DNA of 64,000 bases from an uncultured Myxococcales bacterium (GTDB lineage Bacteria > Myxococcota_A > UBA9042), in NCBI GenBank assembly GCA_903883645.1, contig CAISBR010000080.1, positions 21,069 through 85,068 of the forward strand, in the 5' to 3' direction. The notes under the pieces were generated by a model. That model was not told the DNA's origin. It saw only the letters and a program-made list of their open reading frames with translations, and searched no databases. A program made the translations under genes and the position numbers. Positions 19,669-29,255 of the stretch are shown piece after piece. Position 1 is the stretch's first letter, and every line of letters begins with the position of its first letter.

Positions 19669-21599
19669 TCAGCAACTACGGACGCCCTTTGCTATTTTGC
19701 ACACTTTTCATGGCAAGCACCGCGTGGGCCACCCCCGACCCCATGACGCGCGACGCCATCGTCGCCAACAGCAAAAGCGTCGTCGGTTTCAGCTATTGGT
19801 GGGGCGGCGCGGCCTGGTTGCCCGGCTCGGCATCGAAGGGCAAGTGCACGCCAACAGCCTCGGGCGGCTGCCCAAGCTGCACGCACTCAGGCTCGTATGG
19901 GGCGGATTGCTCAGGCTTTGTCGCAAAAGCGTGGCAGATCGACAAGCCCACCGACCTCGACAAGAATTACCACCCGTACTCGACTTGGCACTTCGACAAC
20001 TCGACTACCTGGTGGACCAAGCCGGCCAAGGGCGACGCCCAACGCGCAGATGCTTTTAATTACAATACGAACGGCGCAGGCCACGTGTGGATGTTCGACA
20101 AGGGCGACCCGTGGGGCAGCGCCTACGCCTGGGAATGCAAGGGCTGCGCATACGGTTGCGTCTACAATTTACGCACTGTTTCATCGTATTACGGCCTAAT
20201 TCGCCGCAAGCTCATCAGCGACCCACCGGCGTGCAGCAAGCACTGCGAAGGCACGGCGGTGGTCGACGAAAACTGCAACAAGGGCGATTGCGCTGCTTAT
20301 GCAGCCAGTTGTGTGAGCGACAGCTTGGGCGTGCGCTGCGTTTCGAACTTCTGCCCCGCCAAGGGCACGGCCAGCGTATGCCTACCCGACGCCAAGAACG
20401 GCAAAATCGCCACCTGCGACAACGGTAGCCTAAAAGATCCAGGCGACTGCGGCTCTTACGGGGCATGGTGCAGCACGGCGCTGGGCGGCAATGCCAAGTG
20501 CGTGTCGGGCTTGTGTGCCAGCAGCGCCGCGGCCAAACCCGTCGCCGGCGACCTGTGCCACAACGGCAAGCGCTATTCGTGCTCAGCGAGCGGCGACATC
20601 GCCGAAGCGCCCTGCCCCGCCGACCAACCTTGCCAAACCGCCACTGGCAAAACCGGCCCAGGCAGCGGCAGTTGCGGCCCCAAACCCTGCGACAGCTGCG
20701 ACGACGGCAATGCCTGCAGCGACGACGGCTGCGACAACGGCGTGTGCGTCCACACTGCAGTCGCGAGCAAGCCGTGCGACGACGGGGACTCCTGCAGCGA
20801 AGGCGACACCTGCACGGGGGGCAAGTGTTTGGGATCACCCAAGAACTGCGACGACGGCGTCGCGTGCAGCACCGATAGCTGCAGCGGCGGCACCTGCGGC
20901 CACGTGGGCGACGATGTGCTGTGCGACGACGGCAACCCGTGCACCGCCGACCTGTGTAGCAAGTCTGGATGCACACACGGCAATCAAGACGGCGCGTGCG
21001 ACGACGGCGACGGCTGCACCGTAGGCAGCGGCTGCAAAGACGGCGCGTGCGTCACCGGCTCCGCCGCGCGCTGCGACGACGAAAACACTTGCACCAAAGA
21101 TAGTTGCCAAGAGGGCGGCTGCCTGCACACTCCGCTCGACGGCACTTGCAGCGACGGCAACGGGTGCACCGAGGGCGACTACTGCGCCCAGGGCCAATGC
21201 CTCGCCGGCAAAGACAGAAACTGCGAAGACGGCTTTGTCTGCACCCTCGATCGCTGCATCGACGGAGGCTGCGTTCACCCTGGCGGCACGCCACAAGTAC
21301 CAGCATGTCAGGGCAACGACGTATGGCTTGCCAGCCCTTGCCCCGGCGAGCCCGGCCAGCTGCGGCAGTGCTTTGGCGGCAGCAAATGCGTTGCAGGCAC
21401 ATGCGCCGGCGGTACCGGGGGCGATGCCGGCAGTGGCGATGGCTTGGGCAGCCTGGGCGATGGCACGGGCAGCTCGCCTGCAAAATCGGTTGTTGCGGCG
21501 AGCCCTTCGGGATGCAACGGCGGCCGGGCACTGCACGCGGGCTGGCTCCTGGTCGGCATGGCGAGCCTGGTCGTGGCGCTCCGGCGGCGGCGAGCCTAG
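19665..21599 (+). CDS. Secreted NlpC/P60-like peptidase domain protein with Cys-rich repeats and a MYXO-CTERM sorting tail
   Basis: N-terminal YWWGG...GADCSGFV...GHVWMF matches the NlpC/P60 Cys/His arrangement. It is followed by repeats of the DGNxCTxDxC type. The C-terminus GCNGG...LLVGMASLVVALRRRRA is a MYXO-CTERM-like tail. GAGGTGG RBS. Confidence 0.65.
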   Translation: MISNYGRPLLFCTLFMASTAWATPDPMTRDAIVANSKSVVGFSYWWGGAAWLPGSASKGKCTPTASGGCPSCTHSGSYGADCSGFVAKAWQIDKPTDLDKNYHPYSTWHFDNSTTWWTKPAKGDAQRADAFNYNTNGAGHVWMFDKGDPWGSAYAWECKGCAYGCVYNLRTVSSYYGLIRRKLISDPPACSKHCEGTAVVDENCNKGDCAAYAASCVSDSLGVRCVSNFCPAKGTASVCLPDAKNGKIATCDNGSLKDPGDCGSYGAWCSTALGGNAKCVSGLCASSAAAKPVAGDLCHNGKRYSCSASGDIAEAPCPADQPCQTATGKTGPGSGSCGPKPCDSCDDGNACSDDGCDNGVCVHTAVASKPCDDGDSCSEGDTCTGGKCLGSPKNCDDGVACSTDSCSGGTCGHVGDDVLCDDGNPCTADLCSKSGCTHGNQDGACDDGDGCTVGSGCKDGACVTGSAARCDDENTCTKDSCQEGGCLHTPLDGTCSDGNGCTEGDYCAQGQCLAGKDRNCEDGFVCTLDRCIDGGCVHPGGTPQVPACQGNDVWLASPCPGEPGQLRQCFGGSKCVAGTCAGGTGGDAGSGDGLGSLGDGTGSSPAKSVVAASPSGCNGGRALHAGWLLVGMASLVVALRRRRA

Positions 21600-21763
21600 C
21601 GCGGCGTGACAGTCCAGTGGCGGCGCTGGCGAACGGACCGCTAGTAGACCCTGCGATCTAGCTGTTCTTAATCGGTAATTTGAGTTTGCGATCGCCCTTT
21701 GCAGCCGGACCGCGAGCGCGTATCCTACCGCGGCTCGCGCTGGCTGGGCGCACCGAGGCACCG

Positions 21764-22915
21764 ATGGACCTGCAGCTTACCGAAACCCAAGAGATGATTC
21801 AGGAAACCGCGCGCTCCTTTGCTGAGAAGGAGCTGATGCCGGCCGCCCACGACACCGACAAGTTGGGGCAGTTCCCCCGCGACAAGGTCAAGAAGCTGTG
21901 CAATCTCGGATTTTTCGGCATGGCGGTGCCCGAGGAATTTGGCGGCGCCGGCCTCGACAACCTGAGCTACGCGATCGCCATGGAAGAAATCAGCCGCGGT
22001 TGCGCATCCACCGGCGTCATCATGAGCGTAAACAACTCGCTGGTATGCGACCCGATCAGCAAGTTTGGCAACACCGCGCAAAAGAAGAAATTCCTTGGCG
22101 AATTGGCACCAGGCAAGGTGCTGGGCTGCTTTGCCCTAAGCGAGCCCGGCTCGGGCAGCGACGCCGCCGGCATGCGCACCACGGCCATCCGCGACGGCGA
22201 CGTCTATGTGGTCAACGGCACCAAGAACTGGATCACCAACGGCAAAGAAGCGGATATCTGCGTACTTATCGTGCACACCAACCCCGAAGAGCGCCACAAG
22301 GGCATCAGCGCACTCGTGGTCGACCGGCGCGAAAGCCCATACGGCATCGGCAAGGTCGAAGACAAGCTGGGCATCAAGGGAAGCTCGACCACCTCGCTCG
22401 TTTTCGAGAACTGCCGCGTTCCCGTAGCGAATTTGCTGGGAAAGGAAGGCGACGGCTTTAAGGTCGCGATGTCGACACTCGACGGCGGTCGCATCGGCAT
22501 CGCCGCGCAGGCACTTGGCATCGCCCGCGCCGCCTTTGAAGAAGCCTTGCTCTATAGCCGCGAGCGCCAGGCATTTGGCAAGTATATCGGCGACTTTGGT
22601 GCCATTCAAGAGATGTTGGCCGACATGGCCTGCGACCTCGACGCCGCCCGCCTGCTGATCTGGCGCGCCGCGGTGGCCAAGGATGCCGGCGAGAAGTTCA
22701 GCAAGCTCTCGGCGATGGCCAAGCTGTACGCCAGCGAGGCGAGCGCGCGCATCACCCACAAAGCACTGCAAATTCATGGTGGATACGGCTACGTGAAGGA
22801 ATACAACGCCGAGCGGCACATGCGCGATGCCCGCATTACCGAGATCTACGAAGGCACCAGCGAGATTCAGCGGTTGGTGATTGCGCGCGAAACCCTAATG
22901 GAATTTGGCGTTTAG
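21764..22915 (+). CDS. Acyl-CoA dehydrogenase (short/branched-chain type)
   Basis: Motifs across the full ACAD fold (GxxALSEPGSGSD, [19 protein letters not shown]). Confidence 0.9.
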   Translation: MDLQLTETQEMIQETARSFAEKELMPAAHDTDKLGQFPRDKVKKLCNLGFFGMAVPEEFGGAGLDNLSYAIAMEEISRGCASTGVIMSVNNSLVCDPISKFGNTAQKKKFLGELAPGKVLGCFALSEPGSGSDAAGMRTTAIRDGDVYVVNGTKNWITNGKEADICVLIVHTNPEERHKGISALVVDRRESPYGIGKVEDKLGIKGSSTTSLVFENCRVPVANLLGKEGDGFKVAMSTLDGGRIGIAAQALGIARAAFEEALLYSRERQAFGKYIGDFGAIQEMLADMACDLDAARLLIWRAAVAKDAGEKFSKLSAMAKLYASEASARITHKALQIHGGYGYVKEYNAERHMRDARITEIYEGTSEIQRLVIARETLMEFGV

Positions 22916-22929
22916 CCCGGGGGTTCGCC

Positions 22930-24075
22930 ATGGATTTTGCACTTTCACAAGCCGATCGCGAAGTGGCCGAATTGGCCAAGCGCTTGGCGCACACCGAGTT
23001 GGCTCCGCGCGCCGCGGCGGTCGATGCAGGGCAGTTTCCGCTCGAAGGCCTGAAGATTCTGGCGCAACACGGCCTGATGGGCATCAAGATCTCGAAGGAG
23101 TTTGGCGGACTGGGCGCCGGCATGGTGGCGCACGTCGCGGCGATTCGCGAGCTGGCGGCGGTGTGCCCGTCGACCGCGGTGACGCTGGCGGTGACCAATA
23201 TGGTTGCCGACATGATCGAGAAATTCGGCACGGCTGATCAAAAGCAGCGCTACATTGGGCCGATTGTCGACGGTAGCTACCCGGCCGCGGCGTTTGCCCT
23301 GTCTGAAACCGGCGCTGGCTCCGATGCCGCCAGCCTGCGCACGCGGGCCGTAAAGGTCGATGGCGGCTGGCAAATCTCCGGCAGCAAGATGTGGATCACC
23401 TCGGGCGACCGCGCCGGCGTGGTGCTGGTGATGGCCAAGACCGACCCCGACAAGGGCGCGCGCGGCATCACGGCCTTTTTGGTCGAGCCCAGCTGGCCCG
23501 GCTTTGAGGTCGGCCGACACGAAGAAAAGCTTGGGCTGCGCGGCTCTTCGACCGTGTCGCTCAATTTTAGCGAGATGGTTGTGCCCGACTCGGCCCAGCT
23601 GGGCAACTTGGGCCAGGGGTTTGAGATTGCGATGGTAGCCCTAGACGGCGGCCGCTGTGGCATTGGCGCGCAAGCTCTGGGAATGGGCTATGCGGTGCTC
23701 GCCGCGACGGCAAAGGCCCTGAACGAGCGAGCGGCGCTCGACAAGCAGCTGGGGCTCGACCAGAACGCCCAGTTTCGCCTAGCCGACATGGCGACCGAGC
23801 TCGATGCAGCTTGGCTCCTGGTGGTGCGAGCGGCGTGGCTGCGCGATACGGGCAAGAAAATGACCCGCGAGGCGGCGATGGCCAAGGTTGTGGCGACGGA
23901 GGCCGGCGATTCGGCCTGCAAAATCGCCTTGCAGATTCTGGGGGTGGCGGCGCTCGATGCGCGCCATCCGGTGTCGCGGGCGCTGCGCGATGTGCGCGTC
24001 AGCCGCATCTACGAGGGTACAAGCGAAATCCAGCGGTTGGTGGTGGCGCGCATTCTGGCGGCCAGCGTCGCTTAG
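22930..24075 (+). CDS. Acyl-CoA dehydrogenase family protein
   Basis: ACAD motifs ([23 protein letters not shown]). 15-nt gap from the upstream ACAD. Confidence 0.85.
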   Translation: MDFALSQADREVAELAKRLAHTELAPRAAAVDAGQFPLEGLKILAQHGLMGIKISKEFGGLGAGMVAHVAAIRELAAVCPSTAVTLAVTNMVADMIEKFGTADQKQRYIGPIVDGSYPAAAFALSETGAGSDAASLRTRAVKVDGGWQISGSKMWITSGDRAGVVLVMAKTDPDKGARGITAFLVEPSWPGFEVGRHEEKLGLRGSSTVSLNFSEMVVPDSAQLGNLGQGFEIAMVALDGGRCGIGAQALGMGYAVLAATAKALNERAALDKQLGLDQNAQFRLADMATELDAAWLLVVRAAWLRDTGKKMTREAAMAKVVATEAGDSACKIALQILGVAALDARHPVSRALRDVRVSRIYEGTSEIQRLVVARILAASVA

Positions 24076-24092
24076 CGATTCAGGGGGTAGGG

Positions 24093-24545
24093 ATGCAAGC
24101 GGAAGCACAAGCAAAAAGTATGGCTCGCCGCGGGCGAGTGCTGGTGGGCAAAGTCGGCCTCGATGGCCACGATCGCGGCGCCAAGGTGGTAGCGCGTGCG
24201 CTGCGCGATGCCGGTTTCGAAGTGATCTACACGGGTTTGCACCAAACGCCCGAGATGGTGGTCAATACGGCCATCCAAGAAGACGTCGATGTCATCGGCA
24301 TCTCGATCCTGTCCGGGGCGCACAACACCCTGCTGCCCAGGGTGCTGAGGCTTTTGGCCGAGCGCGATGCCAAAGATATCGCTGTGTTCGTAGGCGGCAT
24401 CATCCCCGAGCAAGACGCGGTGGTGCTGCGCGAGGCAGGCGTGGCCGAGATCTTTACCCCGGGCGCCTCACTCGACAGCATCGTGGCGCGGGTGCGGGCC
24501 ATTTTGGCCGAGCGCGGCGTTGAGCTGTTGGGCGCCGAGGCCTAA
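24093..24545 (+). CDS. Cobalamin (B12)-binding domain protein, resembling the methylmalonyl/isobutyryl-CoA mutase small subunit or C-terminal domain
   Basis: [27 protein letters not shown] carries the DxHxxG B12-binding signature. About 150 aa. No mutase catalytic (TIM-barrel) domain lies adjacent. Confidence 0.8.
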   Translation: MQAEAQAKSMARRGRVLVGKVGLDGHDRGAKVVARALRDAGFEVIYTGLHQTPEMVVNTAIQEDVDVIGISILSGAHNTLLPRVLRLLAERDAKDIAVFVGGIIPEQDAVVLREAGVAEIFTPGASLDSIVARVRAILAERGVELLGAEA

Positions 24546-24560
24546 TTAGCGAGGAAAGCC

Positions 24561-25652
24561 ATGCAGTTCAAATCCAGTGACGACGATCGGATGCTGCTCG
24601 AAGCGGTGCGTGCGCTGGCCGACGGGGCGGTGCGCGACGCGGCGGCCCAGAGTGACCGCCAGTGTGGCCCGACAAGCAAGATCATCAAGCACTTGGTCGA
24701 GTTAGGCGCCTTTGGGCTGCAGGCCGACGATGCGTTGGGCGGTCTTGCGCTGGGCCAAGTGGCTACGGTGGCGACACTGCAGGTGCTGGCGGCCGCAGAT
24801 GCCGGGCTGGCGCAGGCGCTGGTCCACCACGGCGCTGCGGTAAAACTGATGCAGGTCGGTCAGTTCGATGGCAAGGTGCTGGGCAAGCTGGTTGCCGGGC
24901 AAGTGCTGGCATGTCTTGGGCGCGGCGACCTGGGTATGCACCCCGATGCGACGCAAAGTCCTATTCTAGCTCGCGAAAGCCCGCTTGGATGGTTGCTGAC
25001 TGGTCGCCACGGCTGGCTGCTAGGTGCCGGACTGGCCCACTACGCGGTGCTGCTGGCCGAGACAGAGCATGGACCCCGCTATTTTGCTGTGGATTTGACT
25101 CATGCCAGCTGCCAGCGCGGCGAAGTGGCCGAGCAACTGGGGCTGCGCTCGGCGGCCGCGCAAAGCTTACAGCTAGCAGATACTCCAGCGATTTCGCTGC
25201 AGGGTGTCGACGACACGGCCCTCGTCGCCAGTTTGCAGGTGCAGACCGCGGCGGTGGCGGCGGGCGTGGCCCAGGCTGCGCTGCGGGCGGCGTGCAAATA
25301 CGCAAACCAGCGCGAGCAATTTGGCAAACCGATCGCGACCTTGCAGCCGATTCAGTGGCAAGTGGCCGACTCGGCGCTGGCCATCGATGCGGCCGTTTTG
25401 CTCGTGCAGCACGCAGCCTGGCAGCTCGATCACGGCGACAAGGGTGCGGCGCAAGCGGCCCGCATGGCCCTGGTCAAGGCGCGCGAGGCGGCGGTGGCGG
25501 CCAGCGACAAAGCCATTCAGATCCATGGTGGTTACGGCTATACCAAGGATTTTCCGGTCGAGCGGGCCTACCGCGACGCGATGCTGCTGGGCGTGCTGCA
25601 CGGGTCGAGTGCGGGGCTGAAGGTGGCGCTGGTGCGGGCGATGGTGGCCTAG
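24561..25652 (+). CDS. Acyl-CoA dehydrogenase-like protein
   Basis: C-terminal IQIHGGYGYTKDFPVERAYRDA is typical of the ACAD C-terminal domain. Confidence 0.7.
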   Translation: MQFKSSDDDRMLLEAVRALADGAVRDAAAQSDRQCGPTSKIIKHLVELGAFGLQADDALGGLALGQVATVATLQVLAAADAGLAQALVHHGAAVKLMQVGQFDGKVLGKLVAGQVLACLGRGDLGMHPDATQSPILARESPLGWLLTGRHGWLLGAGLAHYAVLLAETEHGPRYFAVDLTHASCQRGEVAEQLGLRSAAAQSLQLADTPAISLQGVDDTALVASLQVQTAAVAAGVAQAALRAACKYANQREQFGKPIATLQPIQWQVADSALAIDAAVLLVQHAAWQLDHGDKGAAQAARMALVKAREAAVAASDKAIQIHGGYGYTKDFPVERAYRDAMLLGVLHGSSAGLKVALVRAMVA

Positions 25653-25667
25653 ATAGCAACGTCGCCG

Positions 25668-27452
25668 CTACCTTTCAGCCAGCCGACCCAACCAAAACCC
25701 CTCGACCGCCTCGTCGACCTGCCCCTGATACGCCACCGCCAACTGCCGCGAAGCCTGAACCAACGCACTACGTCGGGTTGCAGCGTGGACCAAGTCGGCG
25801 TTCGCCAGCATATCCGCGGCCTTCTGCCACATAGCGGTGTCAACGGGCAGGGGCAGCGCCGCCAGTTGCTTGGCGCTGAGCTTGAGCGCCGTACCCGCCA
25901 GCGCCGTACCCGCGTGCCGCTGCCAAGCCAGAGCTGTGACCGTCGCACAACACAGCACCGCGGCAAGTCGCCACAAGTCCTGAGGATTCTGCGGAAGCAC
26001 AGCCAGCGTGGGCGTCGTATTCAGCCACTCGCCCCGCACATCCACCGCGGCTTCGATAACCTTACTCTGCGTCGCCACCACCAGCTTGCAGACGCGCCGC
26101 CGCTCGGCCCATTTCGCCAGCTTCGGGTTGCCCGCGGCGAGCTTGACTAGGTCGACCGCAGGCCGCTCAAAACGCTGTTTAGCAAAGCGAATCGCACCCT
26201 GCCCCCACAGACTTTGCAGCGGCTCGATGTGGCCCGTCACAATCAGGGGGGCCAAACCCGGCCCCGCGTCGGCCACATCCACGACAAAAGGCTGAATGCC
26301 GTAGTACTCGTCGCGAAAATCCGCTGTGACTTGGGCTAGATCGCCCACAACGCCCTGCCCCGCCACCTGCAGCGGGGGCACGCCCAGCGCCGCCGCCAGC
26401 AGGGGCGACCAGGCCTCGCCTGCGAGCCGCGTCTGCAGTCGCTTGGCGCCATACAATACAGCAATATCGGCAGGCTCTGCCCCTCCCGCCACAAGCAGCG
26501 GCGCACAGACATCGACCGAAGCGCCGCCAAAATCGACCGCCAGCCCCAGCCACAGCGCCTGTAACGGCGCGCGCTCGCTCAGCAAACGCCGCACACCGGC
26601 CGCGTCGCGACTGGCCACCAGGCTGAGCGGCTGCACAAGTGCCAAGCGCCCCCCGGGCTGCAACCACGCAAGGCTCCTAGCCAAGAACAGCGCTGAGCTG
26701 TCGGTATACGGCCCCACGGCGTCGCCCAGCTGCTGCAGAATCTGCGCATGGGCCTCGCGCGAGCGCACGGTGGCCGCCTTCATCTGCCCAAGAAACGGCG
26801 GGTTACCCACAACGACCGCCATGGCCCGCGGCGGCTGTAGCAAGAAGTCGTCTTCGCGCAGGTCAACCGTACCCTGCCCGCCGGCCAACCACCGCAGAGT
26901 CGCACCACAGACCGCGAGCGCCGCCGGCTCAATGTCGCAACCGTGCAGGCTCGCGAGCACGTTGTTCCAAGGATTCCGCACATCTAGCCCCTGCCACGCC
27001 GCGTGGAGCCGCTGCGCCGCCGCCGCCAGAAACGCTCCCGCGCCACAGCTGGGGTCCAAGATATGTAGGTCCGCCAGTTGCGTCTGTGGCTCAGGGCCGG
27101 CAAGTGCCTGATCAATAAGTGGTTGCAGCGCCCAATCGAGCAGCGTCGCCACCAGCTCGGGCGGGGTATAGAAGGCCCCTAAGCGGGTGCGGGCACTGGC
27201 ATTTTCGCCCGCCTCGGCCAGCTCGAGCCAGGCCTGCAGCAGCGCACTCCAGCGCTCGGGCCCCGGCTGCGACCAAGGCCCTTTCGCCGGCAGCACGCCT
27301 CGCAATATGCCAGAATACTTACTACTTTTCGTGTCATGCGCTAGCAACTCGGCCACAAGTGCGCGGTGCCGCTCCGTCGGCGCGACTTGAGGCAGCAGCA
27401 CCCACACGGTCTGGGCGAGCTTCTGCAACTGCCTACGATCGCTCGCTTTCAC
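25668..27452 (-). CDS. N6-adenine-type SAM-dependent methyltransferase (Eco57I/HsdM-like), orphan
   Basis: Motif I LDPSCGAGAFL and motif IV VVGNPPF, with a ~300-aa C-terminal domain. GTG start at 27452 overlaps the upstream gene's stop (GTGA). The ORF opens at 27629. Confidence 0.7.
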   Translation of the reverse strand: MKASDRRQLQKLAQTVWVLLPQVAPTERHRALVAELLAHDTKSSKYSGILRGVLPAKGPWSQPGPERWSALLQAWLELAEAGENASARTRLGAFYTPPELVATLLDWALQPLIDQALAGPEPQTQLADLHILDPSCGAGAFLAAAAQRLHAAWQGLDVRNPWNNVLASLHGCDIEPAALAVCGATLRWLAGGQGTVDLREDDFLLQPPRAMAVVVGNPPFLGQMKAATVRSREAHAQILQQLGDAVGPYTDSSALFLARSLAWLQPGGRLALVQPLSLVASRDAAGVRRLLSERAPLQALWLGLAVDFGGASVDVCAPLLVAGGAEPADIAVLYGAKRLQTRLAGEAWSPLLAAALGVPPLQVAGQGVVGDLAQVTADFRDEYYGIQPFVVDVADAGPGLAPLIVTGHIEPLQSLWGQGAIRFAKQRFERPAVDLVKLAAGNPKLAKWAERRRVCKLVVATQSKVIEAAVDVRGEWLNTTPTLAVLPQNPQDLWRLAAVLCCATVTALAWQRHAGTALAGTALKLSAKQLAALPLPVDTAMWQKAADMLANADLVHAATRRSALVQASRQLAVAYQGQVDEAVEGFWLGRLAER

Positions 27453-27943
27453 TCCGCAGGCTCGTCGGTAAACTCCACATCGGCGCGCGGGTAGCTGGCC
27501 GTGCGGCCGCTGCCTAGCTTGACCCGCACCTGCTGCTCGCCGGCAATCAACGCCGTGGCCAGGGCGCTCGCGCGGTCGCCGGTAGGCAGCAGCAAGGGAC
27601 GGCCCGCCACCGCGTAGTCCAGAGCACAAAACTCAATCAGCTCAGGCCGTTCCTCGTCTCGCGTGCGCAGCCACACTTGGTCAAACTCGCGCTCCGCCAC
27701 CTTCCACGTCCATTCGCCCACCACATCGTCGCGGCGCCCTGTGACCACAAACGACACGCGCTCTTGCACCTGCAGCGTGGCCACCACATCGTTCCATGCA
27801 GCCTGCGCTGCGGTTTCAAGCTCAAGGTGGCTGCGGTGCTCGTACAGCCAAGCCGCAGTCCGCAGCACCAACGAGCGGTCGCGCGGCCCGTCAAGAGCTA
27901 GCCAATCCACCAGGTCAGCGAGATGAAAGCGAGTAAAGTCCAT
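27449..27943 (-). CDS. Hypothetical protein (164 aa), translationally coupled to the downstream methyltransferase
   Basis: ATG 27943 with an AGGAA RBS. No recognisable motif. Confidence 0.45.
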   Translation of the reverse strand: MDFTRFHLADLVDWLALDGPRDRSLVLRTAAWLYEHRSHLELETAAQAAWNDVVATLQVQERVSFVVTGRRDDVVGEWTWKVAEREFDQVWLRTRDEERPELIEFCALDYAVAGRPLLLPTGDRASALATALIAGEQQVRVKLGSGRTASYPRADVEFTDEPAE

Positions 27944-27949
27944 ACGTTC

Positions 27950-29230
27950 CTAGGTGTGCGCCAGCGCCTCGACCGGCCGCAGCAGCGACGCGCGCCAAGC
28001 CGGATAGACCGCCGCAATCGTCGCCCCGCCGCAGGCCAGTGCCACTACCAGCAGCGACTCGCTCGCCGTCACAAACGGGTGCAAGTGCAGCAAACCGCCG
28101 CCCGGCGCAGTAAATTCGATACCCCGCTGGCCCAAAATGCGCACAATCAGCGTGCCACCCGCCAGCCCCGGCAGCGCCGCCGCCGCCGCGATAATGCTCG
28201 CCTCAGCCAAGATCAGCAGCACGATCTTCGATCGCCGCATCCCTAAGGCCAGCATCACGCCAATCTCGCGGGTCCGCTCAAGCACGCTCATCAGCATGGT
28301 ATTGACGATACCCAGCAGCGCCACCACCATCAAAATTGCTGTGATAATACCCAGAACCTGGTTTTGCAAGGCCGTCGCCTCGGCCACCGTGCGCGCCAGC
28401 ACCTTCCACGTCGAGACCTCGTACTCGGGCCCCAGCATCGCTTGCAGCCGGTCGCGCACACTGTCGACGTCCTCAATCGCACGAACCGCCACGGCCACTT
28501 CGGTCGCCTTGCCCTCCATCCGCAGCAGCTCTTGGGCGTGACTCAGCTGCATCACGCCCAGCCGCGTCTCGAGCCCTGGCGAGCCCGGCAGACCGTTCAG
28601 CCCCACCACGTGCGTGTCGACCGCGTTCAAGCTGCCGTCGCGGTCATTGCTCAGCACCGCCACGCGGCCCGCGTCGCCCTGGTCGATCTTGGCACCCAGT
28701 CGCCGCGCCAATTCCGCAGACAGCACTAGCCGGTCCTTTTCGCTCGGCAGCATGAGCCGCCCACTCGTCAGGCGGTCTTGGCGCAGCGGGCAAACCTCGG
28801 CCTCCGCCGCCGGGTCGATCGCCGTCAGCAGCGAAAACGTGGTCTGCTCGCCCATCGACACCATCGCGCCAAAGGCAATGCGCGGCGCCACCGCCTGCAC
28901 CCCATCGACCGCACGCACCTTGTCGAGAAACACCTTATCGACCGAGAAGTCGAGGTCGAGCGGTGTGCCAATAATCTTCGCCATGTAGCCGGTGCGGTGG
29001 ATCTGCAGCGCGCCAATCTGCGACGCTACCGCCTCTTGCCGCAGCGCTTGTTGCAGGCCGTTGAGCGTGCCGCGCAGCGACGTGACTGCCAGCACCCCCA
29101 GCATGACCGACAGCGCCGCCAGCAGTGCCCGCCGCTTGTTGTGGCCAATGTTGCGCGCCGCGAGCCCAATGAGTCGCACCACCAGCCGCAAGTTCGAGGT
29201 CTTCGGGGCGGTGGCAACGGGTTCAGACAA
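27950..29230 (-). CDS. ABC transporter permease of the FtsX/MacB/LolE type; no ATPase gene is adjacent
   Basis: N-terminal TM helix, then a periplasmic MacB-like core, then a C-terminal FtsX four-helix region. Start uncertain; TTG at 29230 is the most plausible. Confidence 0.7.
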   Translation of the reverse strand: MSEPVATAPKTSNLRLVVRLIGLAARNIGHNKRRALLAALSVMLGVLAVTSLRGTLNGLQQALRQEAVASQIGALQIHRTGYMAKIIGTPLDLDFSVDKVFLDKVRAVDGVQAVAPRIAFGAMVSMGEQTTFSLLTAIDPAAEAEVCPLRQDRLTSGRLMLPSEKDRLVLSAELARRLGAKIDQGDAGRVAVLSNDRDGSLNAVDTHVVGLNGLPGSPGLETRLGVMQLSHAQELLRMEGKATEVAVAVRAIEDVDSVRDRLQAMLGPEYEVSTWKVLARTVAEATALQNQVLGIITAILMVVALLGIVNTMLMSVLERTREIGVMLALGMRRSKIVLLILAEASIIAAAAALPGLAGGTLIVRILGQRGIEFTAPGGGLLHLHPFVTASESLLVVALACGGATIAAVYPAWRASLLRPVEALAHT

Positions 29231-29255
29231 GTGGCACCCTTGTGTCAGGTGATGA

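Noticed and set aside
20215-21761. Minus-strand ORFs of 253-308 aa, Cys/Arg-rich, antisense to the NlpC/P60 Cys-repeat gene
   Set aside because: They are the mirror image of the Cys-repeat codons (GC-rich codons give Arg/Cys/Ala on the opposite strand) and have no start context. The plus-strand gene has the signal peptide, domain motifs and MYXO-CTERM tail.
27449-27943. Possible small PD-(D/E)xK restriction endonuclease partner for the MTase
   Set aside because: The only candidate (DDVVGEWTWK) does not fit the D-x(n)-[DE]-x-K spacing, so I have left the protein as unknown rather than calling a nuclease.
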